64,000 nt of DNA, from positions 32,001 through 96,000 of the forward strand of contig JASFYR010000014.1 of the NCBI GenBank assembly GCA_045047115.1, given 5' to 3'. Under the pieces are notes generated by a model. It was not told where the DNA came from and did no database searches. It was given only the letters and a program-made list of their open reading frames with translations. Positions within the stretch are counted from its first letter, which is position 1. The number at the start of each line of letters is the position of its first letter. The translations under genes were made by a program, and so were the position numbers. Below, piece after piece: positions 51,970 through 62,532 of the stretch. Origin of the DNA: Sulfurospirillum sp. (GTDB lineage: Bacteria > Campylobacterota > Campylobacteria > Campylobacterales > Sulfurospirillaceae).

Positions 51970-54303
51970 ATGGAAGATATTCAAGAAATATTAGAAGATT
52001 TTTTGGTTGAAGCTTTTGAGTTGATAGAACAGATAGACCAAGATTTGGTTGAACTTGAAAATAACCCGGAAGATTTGGAGTTGTTAAATCGTATATTTAG
52101 AGTGGCTCATACTGTAAAAGGTTCTTCATCTTTTTTAAATTTTGATGTACTGACACAATTGACTCATCATATGGAAGATGTTTTAAATAAAGCTAGAAAA
52201 GGTGAATTAAAGATAGACCCTCAGATCATGGATGTTGTTTTAGAGTCAATAGATATGATGAAAGAGTTGCTAGAGGCCATCAGAGACAGTGGCAATGATA
52301 CAGATGTCGGTATGGATATATCAGATATTTGTGGCAGACTAGATAGTATATCAAAAGGTGAAGAGGTTGAGGTTGCGGAGCCAGAAATCAAAGAAGAGAT
52401 TATAGAAGAGTCTGTCCAGGAAATTGTAAAAATAGAAAAAGAGGAAGAGGAAGTCGATTATTCAAAACTTAGTGATGATGAGGTTGAGGCAGAGATAGAG
52501 AGACTTTTGAAAGAGAGAAAAGATGAGGACAAGAAAAGAAAAGCTGCCAAGAAAAGCCAAAAACAAGAAGCTACACAAGATGAAAAACATAAAGAGAGTG
52601 AATCAAAATCTGTAATAAAACAAAAACCTGCAGCAAAACCAAAAAGTAAAGCTCCTGTTAAAAAACAGGCATCTAGTGCAATTGAACAGACTATCAGAGT
52701 GGAGGTCAAAAGGCTTGATCATCTGATGAATCTTATAGGCGAGTTGGTTTTAGGTAAAAACAGACTTCTCAAAATTTATGATGATGTAGAAGAGAGATAT
52801 GAGGGAGAAAAATTTTTAGAAGAGTTAAATCAAGTAGTCTCTTCAGTATCTTTGGTTACTACTGATTTACAAATTGCTGTTATGAAAACAAGAATGTTGC
52901 CTGTAGCAAAAGTATTTAACAAGTTTCCAAGAATGGTAAGAGACCTCTCTCGTGAACTTGGAAAATCGATAGAGCTTAAAATTACAGGAGAAGAGACCGA
53001 GTTGGATAAATCTATAGTTGAAGAGATTGGTGATCCTTTGGTTCATATCATTAGAAATTCATGTGACCACGGTATAGAAGATGGCGAAACAAGACTTCTT
53101 AAAGGCAAAATGGAAACAGGTACCATTGAGCTGAAAGCTTATCATGAAGGAAACAATATAGTCATAGAGATTGTTGATGATGGCAAAGGACTTGATCCGG
53201 ATATGCTTCGTCATAGGTCTTTGGAAAAGGGCATCATAAGCGAAAGAGAAGCTGATACTATGAGTGACAAAGAGGCTTACACACTTATTTTTAAGCCTGG
53301 TTTTTCAACAGCAGTGCAAGTTACAAATGTATCCGGTCGTGGTGTTGGCATGGATGTTGTGAAGACAAATATAGAGAAGTTAAATGGTATCATTGATGTA
53401 GATAGCGAGATAGATAAAGGGACTATTATCAAATTAAAGATTCCTTTGACTCTTGCGATCATTCAGGCACTTTTGGTTGGTGTTCAAGAAGAGTTTTATG
53501 CTATTCCCTTGGCTTCTGTTTTGGAGACAGTCAGAATTCCACTCGATGAAATCTATACCATAGAAGGCAAAAATGTTTTAAGACTCAGAGATGAAGTTCT
53601 TTCCCTGGTTAGGCTCTCAGATATATTTGGCGTAGATAAGGTATATGAAAATAGTGAGCATGCCTATGTGGTTGTAATCGGCTTGGCTGAGTCAAAACTA
53701 GGAGTCATAGTAGATACTTTGGTTGGACAAGAAGAGATAGTTATCAAATCTATGGGCGACTATCTTAAAGGGATTGACGGAATTGCGGGTGCCACTATAA
53801 GAGGTGATGGAAGAGTAACTCTTATAGTAGATGTAGCTGCTTTGATGGATTTGGCTAAAAATATCAGTGTTGATATCACGGCTGATACTCAAACTGTACA
53901 GAAAATAAAAGAGACTCCGAGTGATTATTTTGTGCTTGTTGTAGATGACAGCAAGATGGATAGAAATATCATGAAAAAAGCTATGAGCCCTATAGGTATA
54001 AGTATAGTAGAAGCGACAAATGGGCAAGAGGCATTAAACATCATAAAATCAGGTGAGTACAATTTTGATGCTGTTCTTATCGATATTGAGATGCCGAGAA
54101 TGGATGGATATACATTGGCCGGAGAAATTAGAAAATACTCTAAATACAAGCATCTTCCATTGATTGCTGTAACATCAAGAACCTCAAAATCGGACAGACT
54201 GCGGGGCGTAGAATCTGGTATGAGCGAATATATAACCAAGCCATACTCTCCGGAATATCTAGAGAGTGTTGTTAGAAAAAATATAAAATTGCTAGCGGAG
54301 TAA
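51970..54303 (+). CDS. cheA: Chemotaxis histidine kinase CheA with C-terminal receiver domain
   Basis: FRVAHTVKG Hpt, RNSCDHG, SGRGVGMDVV, CheW domain, DIEMP receiver. Confidence 0.97.
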   Translation: MEDIQEILEDFLVEAFELIEQIDQDLVELENNPEDLELLNRIFRVAHTVKGSSSFLNFDVLTQLTHHMEDVLNKARKGELKIDPQIMDVVLESIDMMKELLEAIRDSGNDTDVGMDISDICGRLDSISKGEEVEVAEPEIKEEIIEESVQEIVKIEKEEEEVDYSKLSDDEVEAEIERLLKERKDEDKKRKAAKKSQKQEATQDEKHKESESKSVIKQKPAAKPKSKAPVKKQASSAIEQTIRVEVKRLDHLMNLIGELVLGKNRLLKIYDDVEERYEGEKFLEELNQVVSSVSLVTTDLQIAVMKTRMLPVAKVFNKFPRMVRDLSRELGKSIELKITGEETELDKSIVEEIGDPLVHIIRNSCDHGIEDGETRLLKGKMETGTIELKAYHEGNNIVIEIVDDGKGLDPDMLRHRSLEKGIISEREADTMSDKEAYTLIFKPGFSTAVQVTNVSGRGVGMDVVKTNIEKLNGIIDVDSEIDKGTIIKLKIPLTLAIIQALLVGVQEEFYAIPLASVLETVRIPLDEIYTIEGKNVLRLRDEVLSLVRLSDIFGVDKVYENSEHAYVVVIGLAESKLGVIVDTLVGQEEIVIKSMGDYLKGIDGIAGATIRGDGRVTLIVDVAALMDLAKNISVDITADTQTVQKIKETPSDYFVLVVDDSKMDRNIMKKAMSPIGISIVEATNGQEALNIIKSGEYNFDAVLIDIEMPRMDGYTLAGEIRKYSKYKHLPLIAVTSRTSKSDRLRGVESGMSEYITKPYSPEYLESVVRKNIKLLAE

Positions 54304-54306
54304 AAG

Positions 54307-54801
54307 ATGAATGATCAATTAAATAAAGTTTTACAAAAACAACAAAAGCAAGTGAACGAACCGGAAAAAGTGATAGATGATGTTGTACAATTGGTTGGTT
54401 TTATCATAGGAAATGAGGAGTATGCCATACCAATACTTAGTATTCAAGAGATTATCAAACCGATAGAATACACCAGAGTTCCGCAGGTTCCGGATTATGT
54501 TTTAGGGGTTTTTAATCTAAGAGGTGATGTTATACCCTTGATAGATCTTCGTAAAAAATTCAACTTGGAGTCTGCTAAACATAGTGAGGACACAAGATAT
54601 ATAGTCCTAAAAGGTGAAGACAATATAGCTGGATTTGTGATAGATAGACTAACCGAAGCAATCCGCATAAAAAGAGACAGGATAGATCCTCCGCCTGAGA
54701 CTATACACTCAGAGACAGGTATGATATATGGTGTTGGAAAACGAGAAACGAGTATGCTTACTATCCTAAAGGTTGAGGCACTGTTAAAAAGAAATTTTTA
54801 A
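54307..54801 (+). CDS. cheW: Chemotaxis protein CheW
   Basis: EEYAIPI..IQEII, GVFNLRG.VIPLIDLR. Confidence 0.95.
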   Translation: MNDQLNKVLQKQQKQVNEPEKVIDDVVQLVGFIIGNEEYAIPILSIQEIIKPIEYTRVPQVPDYVLGVFNLRGDVIPLIDLRKKFNLESAKHSEDTRYIVLKGEDNIAGFVIDRLTEAIRIKRDRIDPPPETIHSETGMIYGVGKRETSMLTILKVEALLKRNF

Positions 54802-54815
54802 ATCTGTTTAGAGGG

Positions 54816-54842
54816 GATAACCGCGCTTGAAGTGCGGTTATC
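54816..54842. terminator. Intrinsic terminator between convergent cheW and the RRM gene
   Basis: GATAACCGCGC-TTGAA-GTGCGGTTATC followed by T-rich sequence. Confidence 0.75.
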
Positions 54843-54870
54843 TTTATTATTAGAATTTTAATATTTGATA

Positions 54871-55149
54871 TTAGAATCTGTTGTTGAAGTTTCTTTTTGG
54901 TCTCTCTTCTCTTGGTCTAGCTTCATTAATTCTAAGAGTTCTACCGTCATACTCTTTTTCATTTAATTCATCTATTGCATTTTGAGCTGCTGCGTCGTCA
55001 TTCATGGTAATAAATCCAAAACCCTTCGCTCTACCTGTTTCTCTATCAGTAATAATCTTTACTGATTCCACTTCGCCATATTGACTAAATAGGTTTTCTA
55101 AACCTTCCTCTGTTGTTGAGTAGGAAATATTTCCAACGTAAATTTGCAT
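54871..55149 (-). CDS. RRM (RNP-1) RNA-binding protein
   Basis: IYVGNI (RNP2), KGFGFITM (RNP1), INEARP. Confidence 0.93.
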   Translation of the reverse strand: MQIYVGNISYSTTEEGLENLFSQYGEVESVKIITDRETGRAKGFGFITMNDDAAAQNAIDELNEKEYDGRTLRINEARPREERPKRNFNNRF

Positions 55150-55385
55150 CTTGTCTTGTCCTTAAAAAAATTTTACATTTACCAATAAACATGCAAACTC
55201 TTGTTCATATTCTAAAAAAATACTCACTCGCAATATGCATAGTATTATTGATCAATATAGTAAGATGAGCATTATACTATAAAAAAGGATAATTTGCTAA
55301 TAAATTTTAAAAAATATCTTTTTTATTGGTTTATCAAACAATTTAATGTAGAATTGTTACAGTATTTTATTAAATGGAGGTTCTG

Positions 55386-56015
55386 TTGAAGCTATGTATA
55401 TTTGATTTTGATTCGACCCTAATGGACGGAGAGACGATAGATTTTTTAGCCAAAGAGTTAAATTTTGAACAAGAGGTTTCTCTTATAACCAAAAGTGCTA
55501 TGCAAGGAGAGATAGATTTTTTTGAAAGTCTTAACAAAAGAGTAAAATTTTTAAAAGGCCTGCCTGAAAAAAGAGTAGATGAGATATGTCACAATTTACC
55601 TTATATGCCAGGAGCGAAAGAGACCATAAAAGAGTTAAAAAAAAGAGGTCACAGGGTGGTTGTTTTTAGTGGTGGCTTTAGAAATGCTACGAGTTTCGCA
55701 AAGGATATACTTGGATATGATGCGGACTTTTCAAATGCTCTGCATGTAAAGGGCGAAGTTTTAACAGGCTTAGTTGGAGGAGACATGATGTTTGGGTTTT
55801 CAAAGGGTGATATGCTCCAAAGACTGCAAGCCCTTTTAAATATAGACAGAGCTTCGACTATGGTTGTGGGAGATGGAGCAAATGATATCTCAATGTTCAG
55901 ATATGCCGGGACGAGAGTGGCATTTTGCGCAAAAGAAGTACTTAAAAAAGAAGCAAATGTAGTGATTGATACAAAAGATTTAACTAAAATATTAGAGGAT
56001 AAATTATGTATATAA
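55386..56015 (+). CDS. serB: Phosphoserine phosphatase
   Basis: FDFDSTL, SGGF, GDGAND. TTG at 55386 follows GGAGG. Confidence 0.93.
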   Translation: MKLCIFDFDSTLMDGETIDFLAKELNFEQEVSLITKSAMQGEIDFFESLNKRVKFLKGLPEKRVDEICHNLPYMPGAKETIKELKKRGHRVVVFSGGFRNATSFAKDILGYDADFSNALHVKGEVLTGLVGGDMMFGFSKGDMLQRLQALLNIDRASTMVVGDGANDISMFRYAGTRVAFCAKEVLKKEANVVIDTKDLTKILEDKLCI

Positions 56016-56992
56016 AGGATTTAAAGTTTTCACTTTGGTGTGATTTTGTTGAGAGAAGTTTTTTGGATGGTGAATTTGCAGAGTTAATAAACAGAGGAAT
56101 TATCAATGGAGCTACAAGTAATCCGGCAATTTTTAAATCTGCCATATTGAATTCACATGCGTACAAAAATGATATAGATGCACTTAAAGGTAACAGCCCA
56201 AAAGAGATATATGAAGAGTTAGCCATAAAAGATATAAAAAAGGCTGCTCAAAAACTCTTGCCACTTTATGAAAATGGAGACGATGGTTTTATAAGTATAG
56301 AGGTGGACCCATTTTTATGTGATGATACACAAGGAACTATAGCTGAGGGCAAGAGACTTTTTGCCAAGATAAACATGCCAAATGTAATGATTAAAGTCCC
56401 TGCTACCGAGGCGGGATATGAGGCTATGGCATCACTTATCGGCGAAGGGGTAAATGTAAATGCAACTCTTATTTTCTCGACAAAGCAGACTAAAAATTGT
56501 TTAGATGCATTTAATAAAGGAAATAAAGAGTTTAAGGGAGCAAGGTTGCCAAAGGCTGTTATCAGTGTATTTGTAAGCAGGTTTGATAGAAAACTTGATG
56601 AAAAGTTAGACAAATTGGGCTTGGCAACATCAAAAGTTGGAATTTACAATGCCATTAAGGTGTATGATTTGGTTGAAGGATATGGATTAGACAATGTTAG
56701 GACTCTGTTTGCAAGTACCGGGGTTAAAAGCGATAATTTACCAGCTGATTACTATATCAGAGGATTACTGCTTAAAAATTCTATAAATACCGCTCCTCTG
56801 GCAACAATAAAAAGTTTTGTAAATTCAGGTATGGTGGACAGGGAGATTAAAATAGATAAAGAGGTAGATCTCTTTTTGGAGACAGTAAATAAAAACGGGA
56901 TTGAAATACAAAGAGTTTGTGATGATTTAATGGCAGAAGGGCTTGATGCATTTAAAGAGGCTTTTAAAGAGATATTGGATACGCTGAGCTAA
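56006..56992 (+). CDS. tal: Transaldolase
   Basis: ATSNPAIF, MIKVPAT, NATLIFS, FVSRFD, ASTGVK. Confidence 0.94.
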   Translation: MYIKDLKFSLWCDFVERSFLDGEFAELINRGIINGATSNPAIFKSAILNSHAYKNDIDALKGNSPKEIYEELAIKDIKKAAQKLLPLYENGDDGFISIEVDPFLCDDTQGTIAEGKRLFAKINMPNVMIKVPATEAGYEAMASLIGEGVNVNATLIFSTKQTKNCLDAFNKGNKEFKGARLPKAVISVFVSRFDRKLDEKLDKLGLATSKVGIYNAIKVYDLVEGYGLDNVRTLFASTGVKSDNLPADYYIRGLLLKNSINTAPLATIKSFVNSGMVDREIKIDKEVDLFLETVNKNGIEIQRVCDDLMAEGLDAFKEAFKEILDTLS

Positions 56993-57016
56993 GAAAATAA
57001 ACTAAAAGGCAGAAAT

Positions 57017-58204
57017 ATGAGAGATCTTCATGAGATAAATGTCGATGAATTGACATTTGAAATGACCAAAAAACTAAAATATTATCTGAGTAAGTTAGTC
57101 GAAAACAGAGGGAGCGATCTGCATATAAAGAGTGGCTCAAATATAAGAGGCAGGGTTAACGGACAGATTGTCTCCTTGTCAAAAGAGATACTATCTCACA
57201 AAGACAGTATTACACTTGCAAAAGAGTTGCTTCGCACAAGATTTCCGGACTTGGTTGAACATAAAAATCTAGATTTTACATATAAGTTAAATGATGATTT
57301 TAGATTTAGGGTAAATATTTTTTTTCAAGTTGACGGCATTTCTGCTGTATTTAGAGCTATTCCTGCAAGTCTTCCTACTATCGACTCTTTGGGATTGCCA
57401 GATCAAGTCCATACTTTTTGCCAAAAACCAAGAGGCCTGGTTTTGGTTACCGGACCTACTGGAAATGGAAAGACAACAACTTTGGCAGCTATGATAAACA
57501 GCATAAATAAACAATTTGCAAAACACATCATTACCATAGAAGATCCTGTGGAATTTGTCTATAAAGATCAAAAATCTATCATAAACCAAAGAGCGGTTGG
57601 ACAAGATGCTGTAAGTTTTGCGGACTCATTGAGGGCAGCACTGAGGGAAGATCCGGATGTTATTTTAGTTGGCGAGATGAGAGATTTGGAGACGATAGAG
57701 ACTGCGATGCATGCTGCTGAAACAGGACACCTAGTTCTATCTACTCTCCATACAGTAGATGCAAAAGAGACTGTAGGAAGGATACTGGGTATGTTTCCCG
57801 GAAGTGATCAAAACAGGATAAAAATGACTCTCTCCTCTACTCTGCAGGGAATTGTATCTCAAAGATTGGTTAGAACAACAACAGGAAAGAGAACAGCAGC
57901 TGTTGAGATATTGGTCAAAAATGCAAGGATAGAAAATCTAATCTTAGATGGTAGAGATGGAGAAATTACAGATGCAATCAAAGAGGGGAAAGATGTATAT
58001 AAATCTCAAACATTTGATCAATCCCTTTTGGGTCTGTATGCAGCAGGAACGATTTCCAGAGATGAGGCATTGGCAAATGCTACGAGTAGAAATGACCTCT
58101 TGATGGATTTGGATTATTATGATGCAGAGAAAACATTGAAAAGAAAAAAATCCGGAGAGTTTAAAGAAAAAGTTGATAAAGACATACTCGCCTTAAAAAA
58201 ATAG
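57017..58204 (+). CDS. PilT/PilU-family type IV pilus ATPase
   Basis: SDLHI, RFRVN, GPTGNGKTT, TIEDPVE, LREDPDVILVGEMRD, AETGH..STLH. Confidence 0.92.
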   Translation: MRDLHEINVDELTFEMTKKLKYYLSKLVENRGSDLHIKSGSNIRGRVNGQIVSLSKEILSHKDSITLAKELLRTRFPDLVEHKNLDFTYKLNDDFRFRVNIFFQVDGISAVFRAIPASLPTIDSLGLPDQVHTFCQKPRGLVLVTGPTGNGKTTTLAAMINSINKQFAKHIITIEDPVEFVYKDQKSIINQRAVGQDAVSFADSLRAALREDPDVILVGEMRDLETIETAMHAAETGHLVLSTLHTVDAKETVGRILGMFPGSDQNRIKMTLSSTLQGIVSQRLVRTTTGKRTAAVEILVKNARIENLILDGRDGEITDAIKEGKDVYKSQTFDQSLLGLYAAGTISRDEALANATSRNDLLMDLDYYDAEKTLKRKKSGEFKEKVDKDILALKK

Positions 58205-58293
58205 CCCCTTATATTAAGTTCGGTAATAATTTATCAAGGTTTTATGTTATTTTTTGTATAATCGTCTCCCTAAAATTTTTTTAAAGGACAGTT

Positions 58294-58830
58294 ATGTTAG
58301 AAGGCATAGTTAGAGAGAGTATCACTAAGAAGACCACCAAGGAACTTCGAAGAAATGGTTATCTAATTGCCAATATTTATGGAAAAGGTATTGAAAATAT
58401 CAATGCTGCATTCAAAGAGAATGAGTTCATAAAAGCGGTTAGAAATAAAACTACACTTGCATTTCCGGTAAAAGTTGGAGATCAAGAGTTAAATGTTATC
58501 ATACAGGAGTATCAAAAAGATCCTGTAAAGAGTAAATTTTTGCATGTTGATTTAAGAGTAGCACTTCCAGGTGTTTTAAGTAAATATTTGATCCCCATTT
58601 TACTTACAGGAACTCCAAAAGGGCTTAAAGACAAGGGTGTTCTTGCGCAATCAAAAAAGAGGCTTACTGTAAAATGTACAGCCGAAAATCTTCCAGATAA
58701 CTTTACGCTGGATGTCAGTGACTTGGGTGTTGGAGATACTATTTTGGTCAGAGATGTTAAAACTGATGACAATATCAAAATTATGGATGAAGACAGAATC
58801 GCAATAGTCGGAGTTATAAAAGCTAAATAG
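58294..58830 (+). CDS. rplY: 50S ribosomal protein L25 / Ctc
   Basis: [16 protein letters not shown]; upstream of pth. Confidence 0.94.
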   Translation: MLEGIVRESITKKTTKELRRNGYLIANIYGKGIENINAAFKENEFIKAVRNKTTLAFPVKVGDQELNVIIQEYQKDPVKSKFLHVDLRVALPGVLSKYLIPILLTGTPKGLKDKGVLAQSKKRLTVKCTAENLPDNFTLDVSDLGVGDTILVRDVKTDDNIKIMDEDRIAIVGVIKAK

Positions 58831-58841
58831 CGATTAATCTG

Positions 58842-59402
58842 ATGAATTTAATCGTAGGACTTGGTAATCCCGAAGAGACATATAAGAATAATAGACATAA
58901 TGTCGGATTTATGGTTATAGATTCTCTTTTGGAGGACCTCTCCTGCACTTGCATAAATAAGAGCAATTTTAGAGGAAATCTATATAAATGCTCAAATACC
59001 CTACTTTTAAAACCGCTTACATTCATGAACCTTTCAGGGGGAAGTGTCAAGGCAGTAAGTGACTATTTTAAACCTGAACATATCATAGTTATACACGATG
59101 ATCTGGATTTGCCTTTTGGAACACTTAAGTTTAAATTTGGTGGAGGAAATGGTGGGCATAACGGATTGAAATCCATAGATGAGTATATAGGCAAAGATTA
59201 TCTAAGGGTGAGAATCGGAATCTCAAAACCAAAGAACAAAGACATGATCATATCCCATGTTTTATCAGACTTTTCTAAAACAGAAAAGGAAAATTTAGAT
59301 AAGATTATAAAAAATGCAAAAGAGGCAAGTTTGGCTCTTTGCCAAGAGAGTTTGGCAAGTGTTTCACAAAGATACAGCCTTAAAGCATCAAAAGAGACTT
59401 AA
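58842..59402 (+). CDS. pth: Peptidyl-tRNA hydrolase
   Basis: GLGNP, RHNVGF, FMNLSG, HDDLD, GGHNG. Confidence 0.97.
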   Translation: MNLIVGLGNPEETYKNNRHNVGFMVIDSLLEDLSCTCINKSNFRGNLYKCSNTLLLKPLTFMNLSGGSVKAVSDYFKPEHIIVIHDDLDLPFGTLKFKFGGGNGGHNGLKSIDEYIGKDYLRVRIGISKPKNKDMIISHVLSDFSKTEKENLDKIIKNAKEASLALCQESLASVSQRYSLKASKET

Positions 59403-60460
59403 TGAGGTTATATCAAAACTATATAATTGCAAAGTATCTAAAGACCTTTTTTATAATCTTCTTTGCGCTTGAAGTGTTTTACGTAGGGATTGACCTATTG
59501 ACAACATATAAAAAATTGCCACAATCAGCAAACTTGCAAATTCTATATACTATGTTTGAAAGCATGTATGCTATAAATTATGTATTGCCACTCTCAGTCG
59601 TATTCGCAATGATTTTAACAGCAACCTCCATGGTAAAAACGAATGAGCTTGTAAGTATGCTTTCGTTTGGGATAAGCAGGCAAAGTATAATCAAGCCTCT
59701 ATTTATCACTTCGTTGTTTATAATAATTTTATATGTACTTTTAAATTTTACTGCCTTTTCATACTCAAGAGAATATAGCAATAATATTCTGAGATTTAGT
59801 CAAATCTCAAGTGATACAAAGGATATGTTTTTAAAAAATGGTGAAGATTATATCTATTTTGGAAAATTAGATCCTATAAAAAAAGAGGCAATAAATATAA
59901 AAATATTTAAAGTCAAAGATAGAGATGTTGTATCGATAATTAATGCTAAAAAGGGTTATTATAATGACAAATATTGGATTCTTTATGGTGTTGAGAAGAT
60001 TTTGAAGCCCAAAGTTACTGTTTTGGACAGCAATGGGTTAAAAATAGAAAAATATGCAAAACTGGAGACACTTAAGAATTTTAGGCCCAAGATTATTGAC
60101 AATGTCTATAAGGGAAAGTTTAATCTCTCAATTCCGGATGCAATTGATGCTCTAAATTTTTTTAACTCACAAAATTTAGACACAAGCAGATTGAGAACTA
60201 TCATATTTACACAAATTTTTCTGCCGTTTTTTGCTCCTTTGTTGGGTTTGATTCTTTTTGTGAAATTACCTATAATCTCAAGGTACAATAGTATTATGCT
60301 GCTCTCATTTTCTTTAACATTTTTATCTGTATTTATTTGGGGATTACTGTTTTTGTTCTCTAAGCTGGCTCTGAACTCTGTTATATATCCTGAGCTTGCC
60401 ATTATGTTTCCAATCTTTGTCTTGGGGCTGTTGGCTCTATACTCCTATATCAAAGAATAG
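59402..60460 (+). CDS. LptF/LptG family LPS export permease
   Basis: 3+3 TM helices flanking a periplasmic domain, NEL...SFGIS. Confidence 0.88.
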   Translation: MRLYQNYIIAKYLKTFFIIFFALEVFYVGIDLLTTYKKLPQSANLQILYTMFESMYAINYVLPLSVVFAMILTATSMVKTNELVSMLSFGISRQSIIKPLFITSLFIIILYVLLNFTAFSYSREYSNNILRFSQISSDTKDMFLKNGEDYIYFGKLDPIKKEAINIKIFKVKDRDVVSIINAKKGYYNDKYWILYGVEKILKPKVTVLDSNGLKIEKYAKLETLKNFRPKIIDNVYKGKFNLSIPDAIDALNFFNSQNLDTSRLRTIIFTQIFLPFFAPLLGLILFVKLPIISRYNSIMLLSFSLTFLSVFIWGLLFLFSKLALNSVIYPELAIMFPIFVLGLLALYSYIKE

Positions 60461-60538
60461 ATACCTCTGTATATGCCCTTAATTTTATTTTTGACTTTTT
60501 TTAGATAAAATAGAGTCATTTTAAAAAAAGGTAAATAT

Positions 60539-61747
60539 ATGTCTAACTTCCAAGAGTTGTCACAAAAATATGATACACCCTTATATGTATATGATTTTGA
60601 TGAAATAGATAAAAATTATAACTCTCTGAAAGAGGCTTTTAAAGCGAGAAAATCTATACTTTGTTATGCGGTAAAAGCAAATTCAAATCTTAGTGTGCTA
60701 AAACATTTGGCCAAGTTGGGAAGCGGATTTGATTGCGTCTCTATCGGAGAAGTCAAGAGAGCACTTAAAGCAGGTGCCCAAAAGTACAAGATTATTTTTA
60801 GCGGTGTCGGTAAAAAAGACAGTGAAATAAAAGAGGCTTTGCAAAAAGATATCTTGATGTTAAATCTTGAGAGTGAAGAGGAGATGTATAGAGTCGAAAT
60901 GATAGCCAAAGAGTTAAAATCTATGGCAAGAATCAGTATAAGGGTAAATCCAAATATAGATCCCAAAACCCATCCGTATATATCCACAGGACTTCATGAA
61001 AACAAGTTTGGTGTTGATATAGATAGTGCAAAAAAGATGTATCTATATGCAAGTAAATCTAAGTACTTAGATCCTGTTGGCATACATTTTCACATAGGAA
61101 GCCAGATAACGGATGCTTTACCTTTTAAGGAGGCTTCACTTGTTATATCCGATCTGTTAAAGAGTTTAAAAGCTGCAAATATAGATATCAAATTTTTTGA
61201 TGTTGGCGGTGGCATAGGTATCACATATAAAGATGAAAAAACAATCTCTTTATACGAGTATGCACAAAATATTTTTGAAGCACTTGGCAATCAAGATGTT
61301 ACAATTGTTTGTGAGCCTGGTAGATTTTTGGTGGGAAACTGTGGCTATCTTTTGACAAAGGTTTTATATGAAAAAAAGAATGAGAAAAAAAGATTTGTTA
61401 TAGTTGATGCAGCTATGAATGACCTTATACGCCCAAGTCTCTATAGGGCTTATCACGGTTTTGAGCTTTTAGACGGAGATAATGATGCCAAGAAATCGTT
61501 GGCAGACATAGTCGGTCCGATATGTGAAAGCGGTGATTTTTTAGCAAAAGATATCTATATCCAAAAGACAAAACATGATGACATAATTGTCATAAAGAGT
61601 GCAGGAGCTTATGGGTTTACAATGAGCAGTAACTATAATACAAGACCGAGAGCTGCAGAAGTTGCTTTGGTAAAAGGAAAAGACAAATTGATAAGAAGAC
61701 GGGAAACTTTGGAAGATTTGTTAGTACAGGAGATAGATTATCTATGA
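60539..61747 (+). CDS. lysA: Diaminopimelate decarboxylase
   Basis: YAVKAN, HIGSQ, EPGR, GPICESGD. Confidence 0.97.
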   Translation: MSNFQELSQKYDTPLYVYDFDEIDKNYNSLKEAFKARKSILCYAVKANSNLSVLKHLAKLGSGFDCVSIGEVKRALKAGAQKYKIIFSGVGKKDSEIKEALQKDILMLNLESEEEMYRVEMIAKELKSMARISIRVNPNIDPKTHPYISTGLHENKFGVDIDSAKKMYLYASKSKYLDPVGIHFHIGSQITDALPFKEASLVISDLLKSLKAANIDIKFFDVGGGIGITYKDEKTISLYEYAQNIFEALGNQDVTIVCEPGRFLVGNCGYLLTKVLYEKKNEKKRFVIVDAAMNDLIRPSLYRAYHGFELLDGDNDAKKSLADIVGPICESGDFLAKDIYIQKTKHDDIIVIKSAGAYGFTMSSNYNTRPRAAEVALVKGKDKLIRRRETLEDLLVQEIDYL

Positions 61748-62532
61748 GTTTTTTTATAGATGTGCAAGGTACGCTGATAAGTGATAAAGACAAAAAACCG
61801 ATAAGTGGCTCAATTGAATTTATCAATTTTTTAAACAGAAAAAAAATTCCTTATATGGTAATTACAAACAACACCAAAGAGCTGAGCAGGGATTTTCATA
61901 AATTTTTACTTGATCTGGGTTTTGAAATTGCTTTTGAGAAATATTTAGATCCATTTATGGTTTTAGATAAAAATGTAAAAACAAGAGATGTAAAAGCTTT
62001 TGGGGCGAAAGAGTTTACAAAAAGTCTTGAGTCTATGGGGTATGATACAACCACAAAACATCCAAAGGCGATGCTAATAGCCAGTAAAAAAGATTTTAGC
62101 TCAGATGATTATGCCTCCATGATAGAGACTGCTCTAGGTGATGTAGAGATTATAGGTATGCACGCCACTAGCATTTATGCAAAAGATGGCAGAAGATATC
62201 CGGGTGTGGGGGCTATTTTAGAGATGATATCTTACGCAACTTCTAAAAATTATAAGATAATCGGAAAACCAAGCGATGCTTTTTATAATGAGGCAAGAAG
62301 ATTATTAAATATTCAACAGCATACCAGTTTGAACTTTGAAGATATAACCATGATAAGTGATGATGCCATAGGCGATCTTGGCGGCATCAAAAAACTAGGC
62401 GCAAAGACTATTTTGGTTCTCAGTGGAAAATGCAAAAGCAAAGATGAAATTGAACCCGTAAAAGAGTTGATAGATGAAATAATACCCAATATAGGCAGTA
62501 TAGATGTATCCGGGCAGGAGACAATAGTATGA
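61744..62532 (+). CDS. HAD-IIA family hydrolase (NagD-like)
   Basis: DVQGTL, TNN, IGKP, SDD...D. Confidence 0.85.
   Translation: MSFFIDVQGTLISDKDKKPISGSIEFINFLNRKKIPYMVITNNTKELSRDFHKFLLDLGFEIAFEKYLDPFMVLDKNVKTRDVKAFGAKEFTKSLESMGYDTTTKHPKAMLIASKKDFSSDDYASMIETALGDVEIIGMHATSIYAKDGRRYPGVGAILEMISYATSKNYKIIGKPSDAFYNEARRLLNIQQHTSLNFEDITMISDDAIGDLGGIKKLGAKTILVLSGKCKSKDEIEPVKELIDEIIPNIGSIDVSGQETIV

Noticed and set aside
51970..54303. CheA-CheY fusion
   Set aside because: Standard architecture in Campylobacter and Helicobacter.
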